A stretch of 64,000 bases of DNA, taken from a bacterium. GTDB taxonomy: Bacteria > UBA8248. This document shows, one piece after another, positions 44,222 through 53,410 of the stretch. The stretch's first letter is position 1. Each line of letters starts with the position of its first letter. The translations under genes and the position numbers were made by a program. Under the pieces are notes generated by a model. That model saw only the letters and a list, made by a program, of their open reading frames with translations. It did no database searches and was not told the origin of the DNA. The DNA is taken from the NCBI GenBank assembly GCA_965203325.1, contig OZ241875.1:2056812-2120811 (forward strand). The letters run 5' to 3'.

Positions 44222-44845
44222 TCACCAGTTGGACGGCTTGGTGATGTTGGTGCCCGGAATCGGGGACGGAAGCTGATTCTTTCGCAGCGCTCTCTTTTGA
44301 ATTCGGCGGGAGAAATCGGCATGGGCCATTAACTCTCGAGACGGATGACTCGCTCCGGGTGTTACCAGTCCAATCCATTTTCTTTTGTGCTTTTTCACAA
44401 GACGCATGCCCTCGGTGATATCGCTGTCGTTCGTAACTACTACCGCACAGTCGTAGTCATCCAGCCATGCATCGTTCAAGAGATGTACGGCGAGATTGAC
44501 ATCCGATCCCTTTTCCTCGGTCCTGACGACATTCACCAGCCTTCGCCTGTTGCCGGTATCAGCAAGCGGTGCTTGAATCTTATGCGTCAGAAAATGCCCG
44601 AAATAAACTTCGACCTCCGGGCAATGATGTCGCAATGCGCGCAGATAGGCATTTTGGCGCCGTGGCTCGGATGGGTCGTTCGGGCGCGCCGAAACGCGCG
44701 CCGTGAAGTATTTGATTTTGAGGATATCGTGGTGCGGCTTCAATACGTCACGGAACAGACCAGAGAGATCGAGCCATTTGAACGGCGTTTGCTTCAGCGA
44801 GCGGTAGTAGAGGTTGAATCCATCGACGTAGATATAAGTCCGCAT
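44222..44845 (-). CDS. NYN domain (LabA/DUF88-like, PIN-fold) protein
   Basis: Motifs YIYVDGFNLYY, EEKGSDVNLAVHLL, AVVVTNDSD. AT-richer than its neighbours. Confidence 0.88.
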   Translation of the reverse strand: MRTYIYVDGFNLYYRSLKQTPFKWLDLSGLFRDVLKPHHDILKIKYFTARVSARPNDPSEPRRQNAYLRALRHHCPEVEVYFGHFLTHKIQAPLADTGNRRRLVNVVRTEEKGSDVNLAVHLLNDAWLDDYDCAVVVTNDSDITEGMRLVKKHKRKWIGLVTPGASHPSRELMAHADFSRRIQKRALRKNQLPSPIPGTNITKPSNW

Positions 44846-44854
44846 GTCTTACCT

Positions 44855-44916
44855 AAAAAAAGCAGGGCCTCATGAGAGGCCCCGCACCCAGCGGTCGAAG
44901 CCACTGGGGGAGTAGT
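44855..44916 (-). ncRNA. candidate ~60-nt structured RNA / terminator-containing leader, copy B
   Basis: Hairpin 1 CCCAGTGG-cttcga-CCGCTGGG (44887-44908). Hairpin 2 GGGCCTC-tcat-GAGGCCC (44865-44882) followed by U7. The NYN ATG lies 9 nt after the U-tract. Confidence 0.4.
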
Positions 44917-44922
44917 GAAAAA

Positions 44923-44951
44923 ACTATGCCACTGTTCCGAGTCTTCGTCAA
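44923..44951 (-). promoter_or_regulatory. promoter-like element of module copy B
   Basis: On the minus strand: TTGACG (44951-44946), 17 nt, then CATAGT (44928-44923). Confidence 0.4.
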
Positions 44952-44969
44952 CAGGAAAAATTTACCCCC

Positions 44970-45827
44970 TCACGCCCCCATCACCAGCGCGAGTTCGCGG
45001 ACTATCTTCGAGGCGGCGATGGCGCTTGCACCAGAGGAGTCCCACTCGGGGGCCAGTTCCACCACGTCGGCGCCGACGATGCGCGCGCCCGAATCGTTCA
45101 GGACCGATATGCAATCGATGAGCGCATCGAAGCCGGGGCCGCCCGGTTCGGGGCTGCCGGTTCCGGGCATCTCGCCGGGGTTCACGACATCCACGTCGAC
45201 TGTGAGGTATATGGCGCGATCACCCGTTTCCTTGAGCGCTGCCGATACGGCCTCGGGACGCAAAGGCCTCAGCGTATCGTTCGCCCGCATCCATTCGAAT
45301 TCCTCTCTAGTGCCGGAGCGGACGCCGAACTGATGGAGCGGCCCGACGCCCGCAAGTGCCAGAACCCGCCGCATCACGCAGGCGTGCGAGAGTCGCTCTC
45401 CCAAGTAGTCCTGTCTCAAATCCGCGTGGGCGTCCCACTGGAACACGGCCAGACCGGGGTAGACGCCGAGCGCCGCCGCCACGGCGGGCAGGCTCACCAG
45501 ATGCTCCCCGCCCAGGAATATGGGACGCTTGCCCGCCCGAAATATCCGCGAAGCTTCGGCCTTGATGGAATCGAGCACGGCTGCGGTATCGTCGGACGCA
45601 AAATCAACGTCTCCCAGATCGCACAGGGCGTCGTCGCTCAAGTCTTTATCCAGTTCCGGGCTGTAGGTTTCGAGACAATCCGACGCTTCCCGGATGGCGT
45701 CGGGCCCAAAACGCGCGCCGCGCCTGAAACTCGCCGTCTCATCGAAGGGGCATCCCAGCAGAGCGACGCGCGCAGATTCGAAGGGGTTTTGAGCGCAGAG
45801 AAATCGCGGGCGGGCCTCCCCGCCCAT
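44970..45827 (-). CDS. speB: agmatinase (ureohydrolase family)
   Basis: Arginase-fold metal motifs: ..FLGGEHLVS.., ..DAHADLR.., ..YLTVDVDVVNPG... Located in a polyamine operon. Confidence 0.88.
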   Translation of the reverse strand: MGGEARPRFLCAQNPFESARVALLGCPFDETASFRRGARFGPDAIREASDCLETYSPELDKDLSDDALCDLGDVDFASDDTAAVLDSIKAEASRIFRAGKRPIFLGGEHLVSLPAVAAALGVYPGLAVFQWDAHADLRQDYLGERLSHACVMRRVLALAGVGPLHQFGVRSGTREEFEWMRANDTLRPLRPEAVSAALKETGDRAIYLTVDVDVVNPGEMPGTGSPEPGGPGFDALIDCISVLNDSGARIVGADVVELAPEWDSSGASAIAASKIVRELALVMGA

Positions 45828-46708
45828 CAGGCGAGGATCTCCGCCACGTAGGGGGGATGCGTGAAGGCGGCCTCATGGACTTCCGGGGAGTAGTAGTGGG
45901 TCTTCTCACCGGGAGGGAGCGGTCTCGGCTTCGCGCGGACGTCCGTTCTCTTCGATTTGGGCGCCAGCGCGAACGACCATATCCCGCCCGGATAGGTCGG
46001 CACGTTCGCGAGATATGTCGCCGCGCCGGGGAACACCCGCCGGATGCGCCTCGATATTCGCCGCATCCTGCGGCCCTCGAACACGGGGCCTTGCGTCTGC
46101 GCCGCGTAGAGGCCGCCGGGCCTGAGGGCGCGCTTGGCTTTGCGGAAAAAGGAGACCTGCGTGAGCGGATTCGCCATGGCGACGGGGTCGGTGGAATCGA
46201 CCAGGATGACGTCGAACGCTGCTTCTTTGCCCGCAATGAACTTCACCCCGTCCTCGATCCGCACATCAACGCGGGGGTCGTCCAAGTCGCCCGCGATGGA
46301 CGGCAAAAACTCGCGGCAGCAATCCACCACCATCTCGTCAATCTCGACGAGCGTCACTTGCTCGACCGTCTCGTGGCGCAGCGCCTCTCTCACGCAGCCG
46401 CCGTCGCCGCCACCGATGATGAGGACGTTCCTGGGCTCAGGGTGCGTACAAAAGGGCACGTGGACCAGCATCTCGTGGTAGACGAACTCGTCTCGCTCGG
46501 TGGTCTGGATGATCCCGTCGAGCAGGAGGACGCGCCCGAAATCCTCGGTCTCGACCAGGGTGATCTCCTGAAACGCGCTCTTTGCGGAATAGAGCGTGCG
46601 CAGCACCTTCATGGTGAGGCCGGTTCCGGGGCCGTGAAATTCAGTGAACCATGTCGCCGGCTTGGCCGGAGGGTTTTCGGGCATGAAGGGGGCGCGCGTC
46701 AGTTCCAA
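45827..46708 (-). CDS. speE: spermidine synthase
   Basis: Motifs ..LDGIIQTTERDEFVYHEML.., VLIIGGGDGG, ..DVILVDSTDP... TTG start with GGAG upstream; an alternative ATG lies at 46684. Confidence 0.88.
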   Translation of the reverse strand: MELTRAPFMPENPPAKPATWFTEFHGPGTGLTMKVLRTLYSAKSAFQEITLVETEDFGRVLLLDGIIQTTERDEFVYHEMLVHVPFCTHPEPRNVLIIGGGDGGCVREALRHETVEQVTLVEIDEMVVDCCREFLPSIAGDLDDPRVDVRIEDGVKFIAGKEAAFDVILVDSTDPVAMANPLTQVSFFRKAKRALRPGGLYAAQTQGPVFEGRRMRRISRRIRRVFPGAATYLANVPTYPGGIWSFALAPKSKRTDVRAKPRPLPPGEKTHYYSPEVHEAAFTHPPYVAEILA

Positions 46709-47166
46709 AGGATGACTCCCGCGAAGGCGGCGCCCGTATTCACGACGACATGCTCGGCGGCGACGCTCCTGATCTCGCGTATCTCCTTTCCGCGAACCTC
46801 CATGCCCGCCGCCGCCATGCGCCGGGCCTCCTCTTCCACCTGCTCGCCGGGGGCGTGGCCGTGATACTCCATGATGAGGCCCGGATGCGCCTCGTCCTCG
46901 GGCAGGGCGACCGCCACCGCCGCCGTGATTACCTCGCCCGGCTTATCGGAACTCACGCACGCATAGGCGGTCGGCACCAATGCGCCCGGCGGCAGATCAA
47001 TGGACGCTACCTCCACGCAGCGCGGCGGGAGGATGCTGCTCACGCGCACGAGGTTCGTGTCGCCCACCCCTGCGCTCAAGAGCGCCGCGTCGAAGGCGTT
47101 CAGTTCCGTCACGCCCTCCGCGCACCCGCATGCCATGAAATACCTGGTGGGCGTCGCGGCGATCAT
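46699..47166 (-). CDS. pdaD: pyruvoyl-dependent arginine decarboxylase
   Basis: Has the self-processing context TNLVRVSSILPP typical of PdaD. About 155 aa. Confidence 0.8.
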   Translation of the reverse strand: MIAATPTRYFMACGCAEGVTELNAFDAALLSAGVGDTNLVRVSSILPPRCVEVASIDLPPGALVPTAYACVSSDKPGEVITAAVAVALPEDEAHPGLIMEYHGHAPGEQVEEEARRMAAAGMEVRGKEIREIRSVAAEHVVVNTGAAFAGVILWN

Positions 47167-47621
47167 CGCTCGATTCCCTCCCCGTTCTTGAGGGAAAAGG
47201 AGGCCTCCCCTTCCCCGTTTGAAGCTTCTCCTTCTCCACTGGAGGCGGAGGGCGCGTCAAGCGGCGCCTCGCTCCCCTCGATGACCCCGCGCGGGACCTC
47301 TTTCGTCTCCATGCGCACGGGCCGGAGGTGTTCCGCGAGATAGCGCACCGCCGCGTCGCAGTCCACCTCGCCGCAGGAGAAATAATCCACCGCCGCGTAG
47401 CGGTATTCGGGCCAGGTGTGCACCGCCAGGTGGCTTTCCTCCACCACGACCACCCCGCTCACCCCGTGGGGGCTGAACATATGAAACACGCTCCGGACGA
47501 CGGTGGCTCCGCTTAAGCGCGCGGCCTCGTTCATCAACTCCTCGACACGCGCGGGCGAGTTCAGCGCGCCGGATTCGCAGTCATGGAATTCCGCCAGCAG
47601 GTGGCGGCCCAGAGCATTCAA
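47163..47621 (-). CDS. speH: S-adenosylmethionine decarboxylase proenzyme (small, SpeH-type)
   Basis: Cleavage motif VVVVEESHLAVHTWPE. Low-complexity GEGEAS tail. Confidence 0.85.
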   Translation of the reverse strand: MNALGRHLLAEFHDCESGALNSPARVEELMNEAARLSGATVVRSVFHMFSPHGVSGVVVVEESHLAVHTWPEYRYAAVDYFSCGEVDCDAAVRYLAEHLRPVRMETKEVPRGVIEGSEAPLDAPSASSGEGEASNGEGEASFSLKNGEGIER

Positions 47622-47672
47622 CTCAGGCTTCCTCCAAAGGTGAATCGATGTGCCATTCCGTCATCCCCGGCG

Positions 47673-48272
47673 TCAGAAACTCGGCGGCGTGGACACCCAA
47701 AGGAGCTTCGCGGGCTTCTTGTAGGGGTTCGCCACCCGGTGGTTTCTGTCCGAGGCGAAATAAAACCACTCGCCCCGCTTCGCCTTGGCGCGCCTCTCCC
47801 CGCACGTGATCTGCACCTTGCCCTTGAGCACGTAGCCGAACTCTTCCCCCGCGTGCGCGTCCTCATAAATCGACTCGCCCGGCTCCATCGTCACGAGGGC
47901 GGGCTCCATGTTGCGGTTCGCCGTTCCGGGCACCATGAGTTCGAAGGCGCTGACTTCCTCGTATGTCGTCGCGTTGCGCGAATCGATGGGGCCGAAGGCG
48001 ATTCTTCCTCCCTCGAAGCCCTGGAAGAACTCGACGATGTCCGTATCGAGCGCTTCGAGAATCTCCAGCAAGCTCTCCAGAGAGGGCGAGGTCAGGTCGC
48101 GCTCGAGCTGTGAGATGAACCCCTTGGTCAGGTTCGAGCGATGGGCGAGTTCTTCCTGCGTCAGGCCGTGGGACCGGCGAATGCCCCGGATGCGCGCGCC
48201 CACGCGCAGCATGCTCTCCACGGAGCGGCTCATGCCGGTCCTGTTCGGTTTTTCCGGGAGTTCGTTCGCCAT
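47673..48272 (-). CDS. XRE-family HTH plus cupin domain transcriptional regulator
   Basis: HTH is GLTQEELAHRSNLTKGFISQLERD. C-terminal cupin is ..GEEFGYVLKGKVQI.... Confidence 0.85.
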   Translation of the reverse strand: MANELPEKPNRTGMSRSVESMLRVGARIRGIRRSHGLTQEELAHRSNLTKGFISQLERDLTSPSLESLLEILEALDTDIVEFFQGFEGGRIAFGPIDSRNATTYEEVSAFELMVPGTANRNMEPALVTMEPGESIYEDAHAGEEFGYVLKGKVQITCGERRAKAKRGEWFYFASDRNHRVANPYKKPAKLLWVSTPPSF

Positions 48273-48698
48273 TATCTCACCCGCTCGAAGTCCGGCCGCT
48301 CAAGAGCCTCCGTGAACCGGCACGGCTGCCAGTCCGGTGGATTCGGCCGCACGATTCCGCAGGCTGTGAGGGGGTCGGGCGGTCGAACCGGCTGTTTAGC
48401 AAACAATGATTGCAAAAATTTGTTTCCTAAACAACAGGGTGAAACATATATAGTTTTTGGGCGGCCGTGTCAACGATTTCACGGGGCGGAAAAGGCCTCC
48501 GCACGCCTTCGCCGTCATTTCGAAGTTCAACGATCTATGAAGGGCCATCATCCGCGTGTAGGGGCCGCATACATGCGGCCCTGCCTTTTCGCCTTCACAC
48601 CGCGGGTCGCATATATGCGACCCCTACACTCGAATTGACATCCCGACCAAGGTGAAGGTCAAACACGACCCGACACATGCGTCCCTTTGCTTTTGAGC

Positions 48699-48834
48699 GT
48701 CATTCCGGCGAAAGCCGGAATCCATTTGCGGGTGCGGGTGAATGAACGGTGGCGTTTCATTTCCCGCCGATGCGCAAAAACCCTGACGAAAGGCAAAAGG
48801 CGTAAAAATGGATTCCGGCTTTCGCCGGAATGAC
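48699..48834. repeat. 136-bp MITE-like element, copy 3
   Basis: Same terminal inverted repeats and interior as copy 1. Confidence 0.85.
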
Positions 48835-49062
48835 GGCCAATAACGGACCACGTGCGGCCACTAGGGCAGGGCGGCCACGGGGGGCCGCCCCTACGGATCG
48901 TATTGTTACGTTCGGTTTTTGTAGGGACAGTCCCCTGTGCCTGTCCGAGGTCGCCGACAAGGGCTTTTCAACAACCCCGCCCGGATGACGATTGCGCGGC
49001 GTTTTGCTATTTTATGGACGAGTCGGCTATCACCCATCCATACCGTCTTCATGGAGATAGAA

Positions 49063-49320
49063 ATGGCGGCAAACATCGAGGTCTACACCACCGAGCCCTG
49101 CACCTTCTGCCTAGCCGCGAAGAACCTCTTGAAAAAGCGCGGTCTCGAATGGACCGAGCATCTCGTCTTCGGCGGCACGCCCGAATGGGACGCCATGATC
49201 GCGCGCACCGGCGGAAAGTCGGTCCCCCAAATCGTCATCGACGATGAGGTCATCGGCGGCTTCCCGCAGCTTCAGGCCTACGACAAGGAAGGCAAGCTGA
49301 GCGAACTCAGCGCAGGCTGA
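49063..49320 (+). CDS. glutaredoxin (Grx3-like, CTFC active site)
   Basis: MAANIEVYTTEPCTFCLAAKNLLKKRG..SVPQIVIDDEVIGGF. GGAGA sits 5 nt before the ATG. Confidence 0.85.
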   Translation: MAANIEVYTTEPCTFCLAAKNLLKKRGLEWTEHLVFGGTPEWDAMIARTGGKSVPQIVIDDEVIGGFPQLQAYDKEGKLSELSAG

Positions 49321-49371
49321 CCCTCACGGGGCTTTTGAAAAAGCCGTCCTTGGCCAGAATTGACCACCGCC

Positions 49372-49512
49372 GTCATTCCGGCGAAAGCCGGAATCCATTT
49401 TCAAGCAGAATGACAATACGCCGGCTTTTCATCTCCTCGTCATCGGCACGAATCGATCAGAAAAGAAAAAACAAAGACAAAGCAAATGGATTCCGGCTTT
49501 CGCCGGAATGAC
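49372..49512. repeat. MITE-like element, copy 4 (same termini, divergent interior)
   Basis: The terminal inverted repeats are identical to the other copies. The interior is A-rich and unrelated. Confidence 0.75.
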
Positions 49513-49751
49513 GAACAAAACCCCACTGTCCCGTAGGGACAGGCCTCCGTGCCTGTCCTGAAGAGGGACAACCACAGGGGGGTTGTCCCTACGCAGCCCC
49601 CGCGTTTCGAAACGAACACGTAGCAGGGCGGCCCTTTTTTCGCCTGATTCCGGCGTGGCGGCGTTTCACCGAATCGCGAAAGAAGATACCCTCTCTAAAA
49701 TCACATTTCGCCGCACCCGAGGGCGCGGCTTTGAGCCGGGAGGAAAGCGCC

Positions 49752-51185
49752 ATGCCGCTCATGAGTCCGAGTGAATACAAACAAAGCCTGAATGACGGCC
49801 GCGTCGTCTACTACCGGGGCGAGCGGGTGGAGGACGTGGCCGCCCACCCCGTCATCGGCATTGCGGTCGATCACGCCGCCATCGACTACGAGATGGCCGA
49901 AGATGCGGCCGACAGGGAACTCGCGCTCGTCGAAGGCCCGGACGGCCCCTACTCGCGCTACTACCACATCCCCGAGAACGCGGACGACCTCTTAAAGAGA
50001 AGCGCCCTCATCGAGCGCGCCACGGCCCTGGGAGGCACCCTGGTCGTGCTCATCAAGGAGATTGGAACCGACGCGCTCTTCGCCCTGCGCCTGCTCGCCT
50101 CCTACATGGACAAGAACATGGGCACGAGCTACCTAGAGCGCGTCCGGAAATTCCACGAGCACTGCCGCGATAACGACCTCGCCGTCGCCGTCGCCCAGAC
50201 GGACGTGAAAGGAGACAGGGGCAAGGGACCTGCCGATCAGGCGCATCCCGATTACTACGTCCGCGTGGCGGCCGAGGATGACGAGGGCATCACCCTGCGC
50301 GGGGCGAAGGTGCACACCTCGGTCTCCACGAACGCGCACGAGATCATCGTGCTGCCCACGCGGAACATGCGCGCGGGCGATGAGGCCTACGCGGTGGCCT
50401 GCGCCGTGCCAGCCAACGCGCCGGGCCTCACCATGCTGGCGAGCGGGTACGGCGGCCGGAAGGGAACGCAGTTCGAAAACCCGATTTCGAGCAAGCACAA
50501 GATGATGGAGACGCTCACTGTCTTCGACGACGTGAAGGTCCCCTGGGAGCGCGTTTTCCTAAACGGCGAGGTGGAGATGGCCGGGCCGCTGGCCAAGACG
50601 TTCGTCGAGTTCCACCGCTTCACCGCCGTGAGCTACAAGCTGCCGCTCGTGGACCTGTTCGTGGGCGCGTCGCACCTGATGGCGGAGTACAACGGCATCC
50701 TGCGCGCGGGCCACGTGCGCGACAAGCTCGCCAAGCTCATCTCCTACGCGCAGATATGCCGGGGCATGACGCGCGAGGCCGCGCGGGAGTGCAAGGTGGT
50801 GGACGGCGTCGCCGTGCCGAATGCCGAGATCATCAACATCGCGAAACTGCATTTCGCCACCGGCTACCACCAGGCGCTCGCCTGGGTGCAGGACATCGCG
50901 GGGGGGCTGCTCGTCACCGGCCCGAGTGCGGAGGACATGGACGACCCCAGGCTCGCCGAGCTCATCGACAAATACCTGGGCGCCTCGCCCGCCTCGTCGA
51001 CGGAAGAGCGCCTCAGGCTCATGAACCTGATCGCCGAGATCACGGCGTCCGACTTCGCGGGCTATCAGGCCGTGCTGGCGATTCACGCCGAAGGCAGCAT
51101 CGAGGCGGAGAAGATGACCATCTGGCGCGAGCACGAGGTCGCCCCCGCCATCGACTACGCGAAACGCCTCGCGGGCATCGAATAA
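49752..51185 (+). CDS. HpaB / 4-hydroxybutyryl-CoA dehydratase family protein
   Basis: About 477 aa. Family-like blocks ..VAVAQTDVKGDR.., ..RGAKVHTSVS.., ..VPWERVFL... The Cys ligands expected for the Fe-S dehydratase are not obvious. GGGAGGAAAG RBS. Confidence 0.7.
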   Translation: MPLMSPSEYKQSLNDGRVVYYRGERVEDVAAHPVIGIAVDHAAIDYEMAEDAADRELALVEGPDGPYSRYYHIPENADDLLKRSALIERATALGGTLVVLIKEIGTDALFALRLLASYMDKNMGTSYLERVRKFHEHCRDNDLAVAVAQTDVKGDRGKGPADQAHPDYYVRVAAEDDEGITLRGAKVHTSVSTNAHEIIVLPTRNMRAGDEAYAVACAVPANAPGLTMLASGYGGRKGTQFENPISSKHKMMETLTVFDDVKVPWERVFLNGEVEMAGPLAKTFVEFHRFTAVSYKLPLVDLFVGASHLMAEYNGILRAGHVRDKLAKLISYAQICRGMTREAARECKVVDGVAVPNAEIINIAKLHFATGYHQALAWVQDIAGGLLVTGPSAEDMDDPRLAELIDKYLGASPASSTEERLRLMNLIAEITASDFAGYQAVLAIHAEGSIEAEKMTIWREHEVAPAIDYAKRLAGIE

Positions 51186-51198
51186 GGAGATTTCACGG

Positions 51199-51903
51199 AT
51201 GAACCCGACCCAGGCGCTCGTCGCCATCTGGCTGAACGTCGCTACCGAGAACACCGAGGAATTCAGGAAGTGGCACAACTGCGAGCATTCCACGGACAGG
51301 ATGGACGGCCCCGGTTTCCGCGTGGGCTACCGCTACAACGCGGTGGGCGATAACGCGCATCACAACATCCTCTGCACCTTCGAGGGGGATACACTCGCGG
51401 CTTTCGAGAGCGATTACTACCGCGAATCGAGGGACAACCCCTCCCCCTGGACGCGCCAGTGCATGGCCTTCATCCGAAATGCGGAGCGCGCGGTGTATAG
51501 CCTGCAAACTTCCATCGGCGCGCCGCACCGCTATGACGCTCCTTATCTCTACATGGTGAGCCCCAACCCGGACACCGAGGAGATGAAGGAGGAGATGATC
51601 GCCTGGTACCGGGAAGAACACCTGGAGCGCCTCTATGCGGTGGAAGGCATGACGCGGGGTCGCGTGTATCAACTCGAATCCGCCGCCACCGGCGGCGCGA
51701 CGGCGGAGGCGGAGATTCAGGAGACCAAAACGGGCGCGCGCCGCATCATCGCAATCTACGACATGGAAGACCCGACCATTCCGCTGTCGGACGCCTGGGA
51801 GGAAGCCGCCTACGGCACACCCCGAAGCGCCGCCATGCGGCCGAATCTGGGGAACGCGGTGCGGGAGACCTGGTGGCTGGATTTCGTGAAGTGGAAGAGG
51901 TAG
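51199..51903 (+). CDS. hypothetical protein (tandem EthD/dimeric alpha-beta-barrel-like halves)
   Basis: 234-aa ORF 13 nt after the preceding gene. Two similar halves (..LVAIWLNV..EEFRKWHNCEH.. and ..YLYMVSPNP..EEMIAWYREEH..). Confidence 0.6.
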   Translation: MNPTQALVAIWLNVATENTEEFRKWHNCEHSTDRMDGPGFRVGYRYNAVGDNAHHNILCTFEGDTLAAFESDYYRESRDNPSPWTRQCMAFIRNAERAVYSLQTSIGAPHRYDAPYLYMVSPNPDTEEMKEEMIAWYREEHLERLYAVEGMTRGRVYQLESAATGGATAEAEIQETKTGARRIIAIYDMEDPTIPLSDAWEEAAYGTPRSAAMRPNLGNAVRETWWLDFVKWKR

Positions 51904-52019
51904 GGGGGGAACAAAACCACACCTAGGGGAAATCTTTTTTAGAGACACTCGATCTCACCATCAGGATAAGAGACAACGTAATTATCAAGGATGTATCAAA
52001 CAGATAGTGAGACAGACAT

Positions 52020-52397
52020 ATGCTTTATTCAATTGATAGCAACTCATTCATTGAAAGGATCCCTCATAGAGCAGACTATGATCGCTGGCGATTAAAAATA
52101 AGTGACGAAGACTATCAGGCAATTTGTGATGAGTTGAGCTCGCGTATATCTGGATCAGAAATACACATTTCAAGTTGGCTCCCAGGAAAAGATTGGACGG
52201 GCACCGTGTTTCAGCCAATTTACGAAGATGCGTGCGGCTATGATTGGGATGCTTCAAGGAAATTCTTCGGCTTGATAGTTTGGGAAGTATTCATGGAGCA
52301 TGAAAAAACCTGGAGTTTTGGTCGTTATAAACCTAACAATGTGCCCGTTGAGGGCCTCACATATTTCCGCATAGACGATCCTTTGGAGATACTATGA
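52020..52397 (+). CDS. hypothetical protein (125 aa), AT-rich islet
   Basis: Clean ORF with an ATGA overlap to the next gene. No motif recognised. Confidence 0.55.
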   Translation: MLYSIDSNSFIERIPHRADYDRWRLKISDEDYQAICDELSSRISGSEIHISSWLPGKDWTGTVFQPIYEDACGYDWDASRKFFGLIVWEVFMEHEKTWSFGRYKPNNVPVEGLTYFRIDDPLEIL

Positions 52398-52864
52398 AGA
52401 ATATATGGGCATTGGTGTTTCTGCTATCTCTGGCAGTTCCGCTCACTGCGGTTGCCGATGAGATCGACAAGAGATGTCGAACTGAATGGGGCAATAATTC
52501 TAGGATGGTGCGCTATTGCACCAAGAAGCAACGCCAAGCCAAGCAGGAAATCTCTGCCTATTCTGGATTGATACGAACCAACTGTGAGAACGAATGGGGA
52601 TCGAACTACAGAATGGTTCTGTACTGCATTAACAATCAATCTGAAGCCCTATCAAGTCTGGAACGTAGACCGAATGACCACATCGCTCAAAGTTGCAAGA
52701 ATAAATGGGGTAATAATTTCAGGATGGTCGAGTATTGCATCAAACAACAGCGTTCATCGAAACGAACTATCGAACAATCATATAGCAATAGCAATAAACG
52801 GGGCCTGTGCGAACGCGAGTGGGGCACCAACTATAGAATGGTATTGCACTGTATCAGAAGATAA
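52394..52864 (+). CDS. secreted protein with four Cys-pair repeats (C..EWG.NYRMV.YC)
   Basis: Signal peptide MKNIWALVFLLSLAVPLTAVA. Four ~38-aa repeats. GGAGAT RBS. Confidence 0.7.
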   Translation: MKNIWALVFLLSLAVPLTAVADEIDKRCRTEWGNNSRMVRYCTKKQRQAKQEISAYSGLIRTNCENEWGSNYRMVLYCINNQSEALSSLERRPNDHIAQSCKNKWGNNFRMVEYCIKQQRSSKRTIEQSYSNSNKRGLCEREWGTNYRMVLHCIRR

Positions 52865-53222
52865 GCGGTAAGCCGCTGAGCAAAAAGAATAATTGAAGCA
52901 CTTCTCATTTATGTCAAAAATACTCGCTACTCTCACCGAATTGCTTGTCCGAAAACCAACCGCTCAACCCGTGAATCGGAAGCCTTACCTCTTCTTCGGC
53001 GGGGGAGGCGGAGGAGGCGGAGGCTTCACGACCGGGCCTTTTCCGGATCTGCTCGGGGGCGGGTTTTGTTCTCTAACCATGGGCTGCTCCTCAAATTCCG
53101 CAAGCTGGAACAGGGAAAACGCATCGCGCGTATCCGGCATTTTTCTAATCGTGTATTCTATCATCCATCATCGCAACCGCAATGATCACGTCGATGCGCC
53201 GCCGATACAGGAAGAACCAACC

Positions 53223-53408
53223 ATGCCGCTCACGCGGGATTTCAGGGAAACGATTCAGGCAAGGGTCGTGCGCGATCCGGCCTTCCGGGAGGAGTTGTTG
53301 AAAGAAGGCGTCGAATGCCTCCTCTCGGGCGAGGTGGAAGTCGGCAAGGCGGCCCTGCGCGATTTCATCAACGAGACGGGCGGCTTCGAGAAGTGGAAGC
53401 GAGGGTGA
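53223..53408 (+). pseudogene. 3'-truncated HTH antitoxin-like gene
   Basis: MPLTRDFRETIQARVVRDPAFREELLKEGVECLLSGEVEVGKAALRDFINETGGFEKWKRG*. Full-length relatives, as I recall them, continue with an HTH for about 40 more residues. Confidence 0.5.
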
Positions 53409-53410
53409 GG

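Noticed and set aside
52985-53080. Minus-strand 31-aa ORF MVREQNPPPSRSGKGPVVKPPPPPPPPPKKR with GGAG 6 nt upstream.
   Set aside because: It is produced by a G/C-rich simple run, is very short, and has no supporting conservation visible here. It is worth a ribosome-profiling check only.
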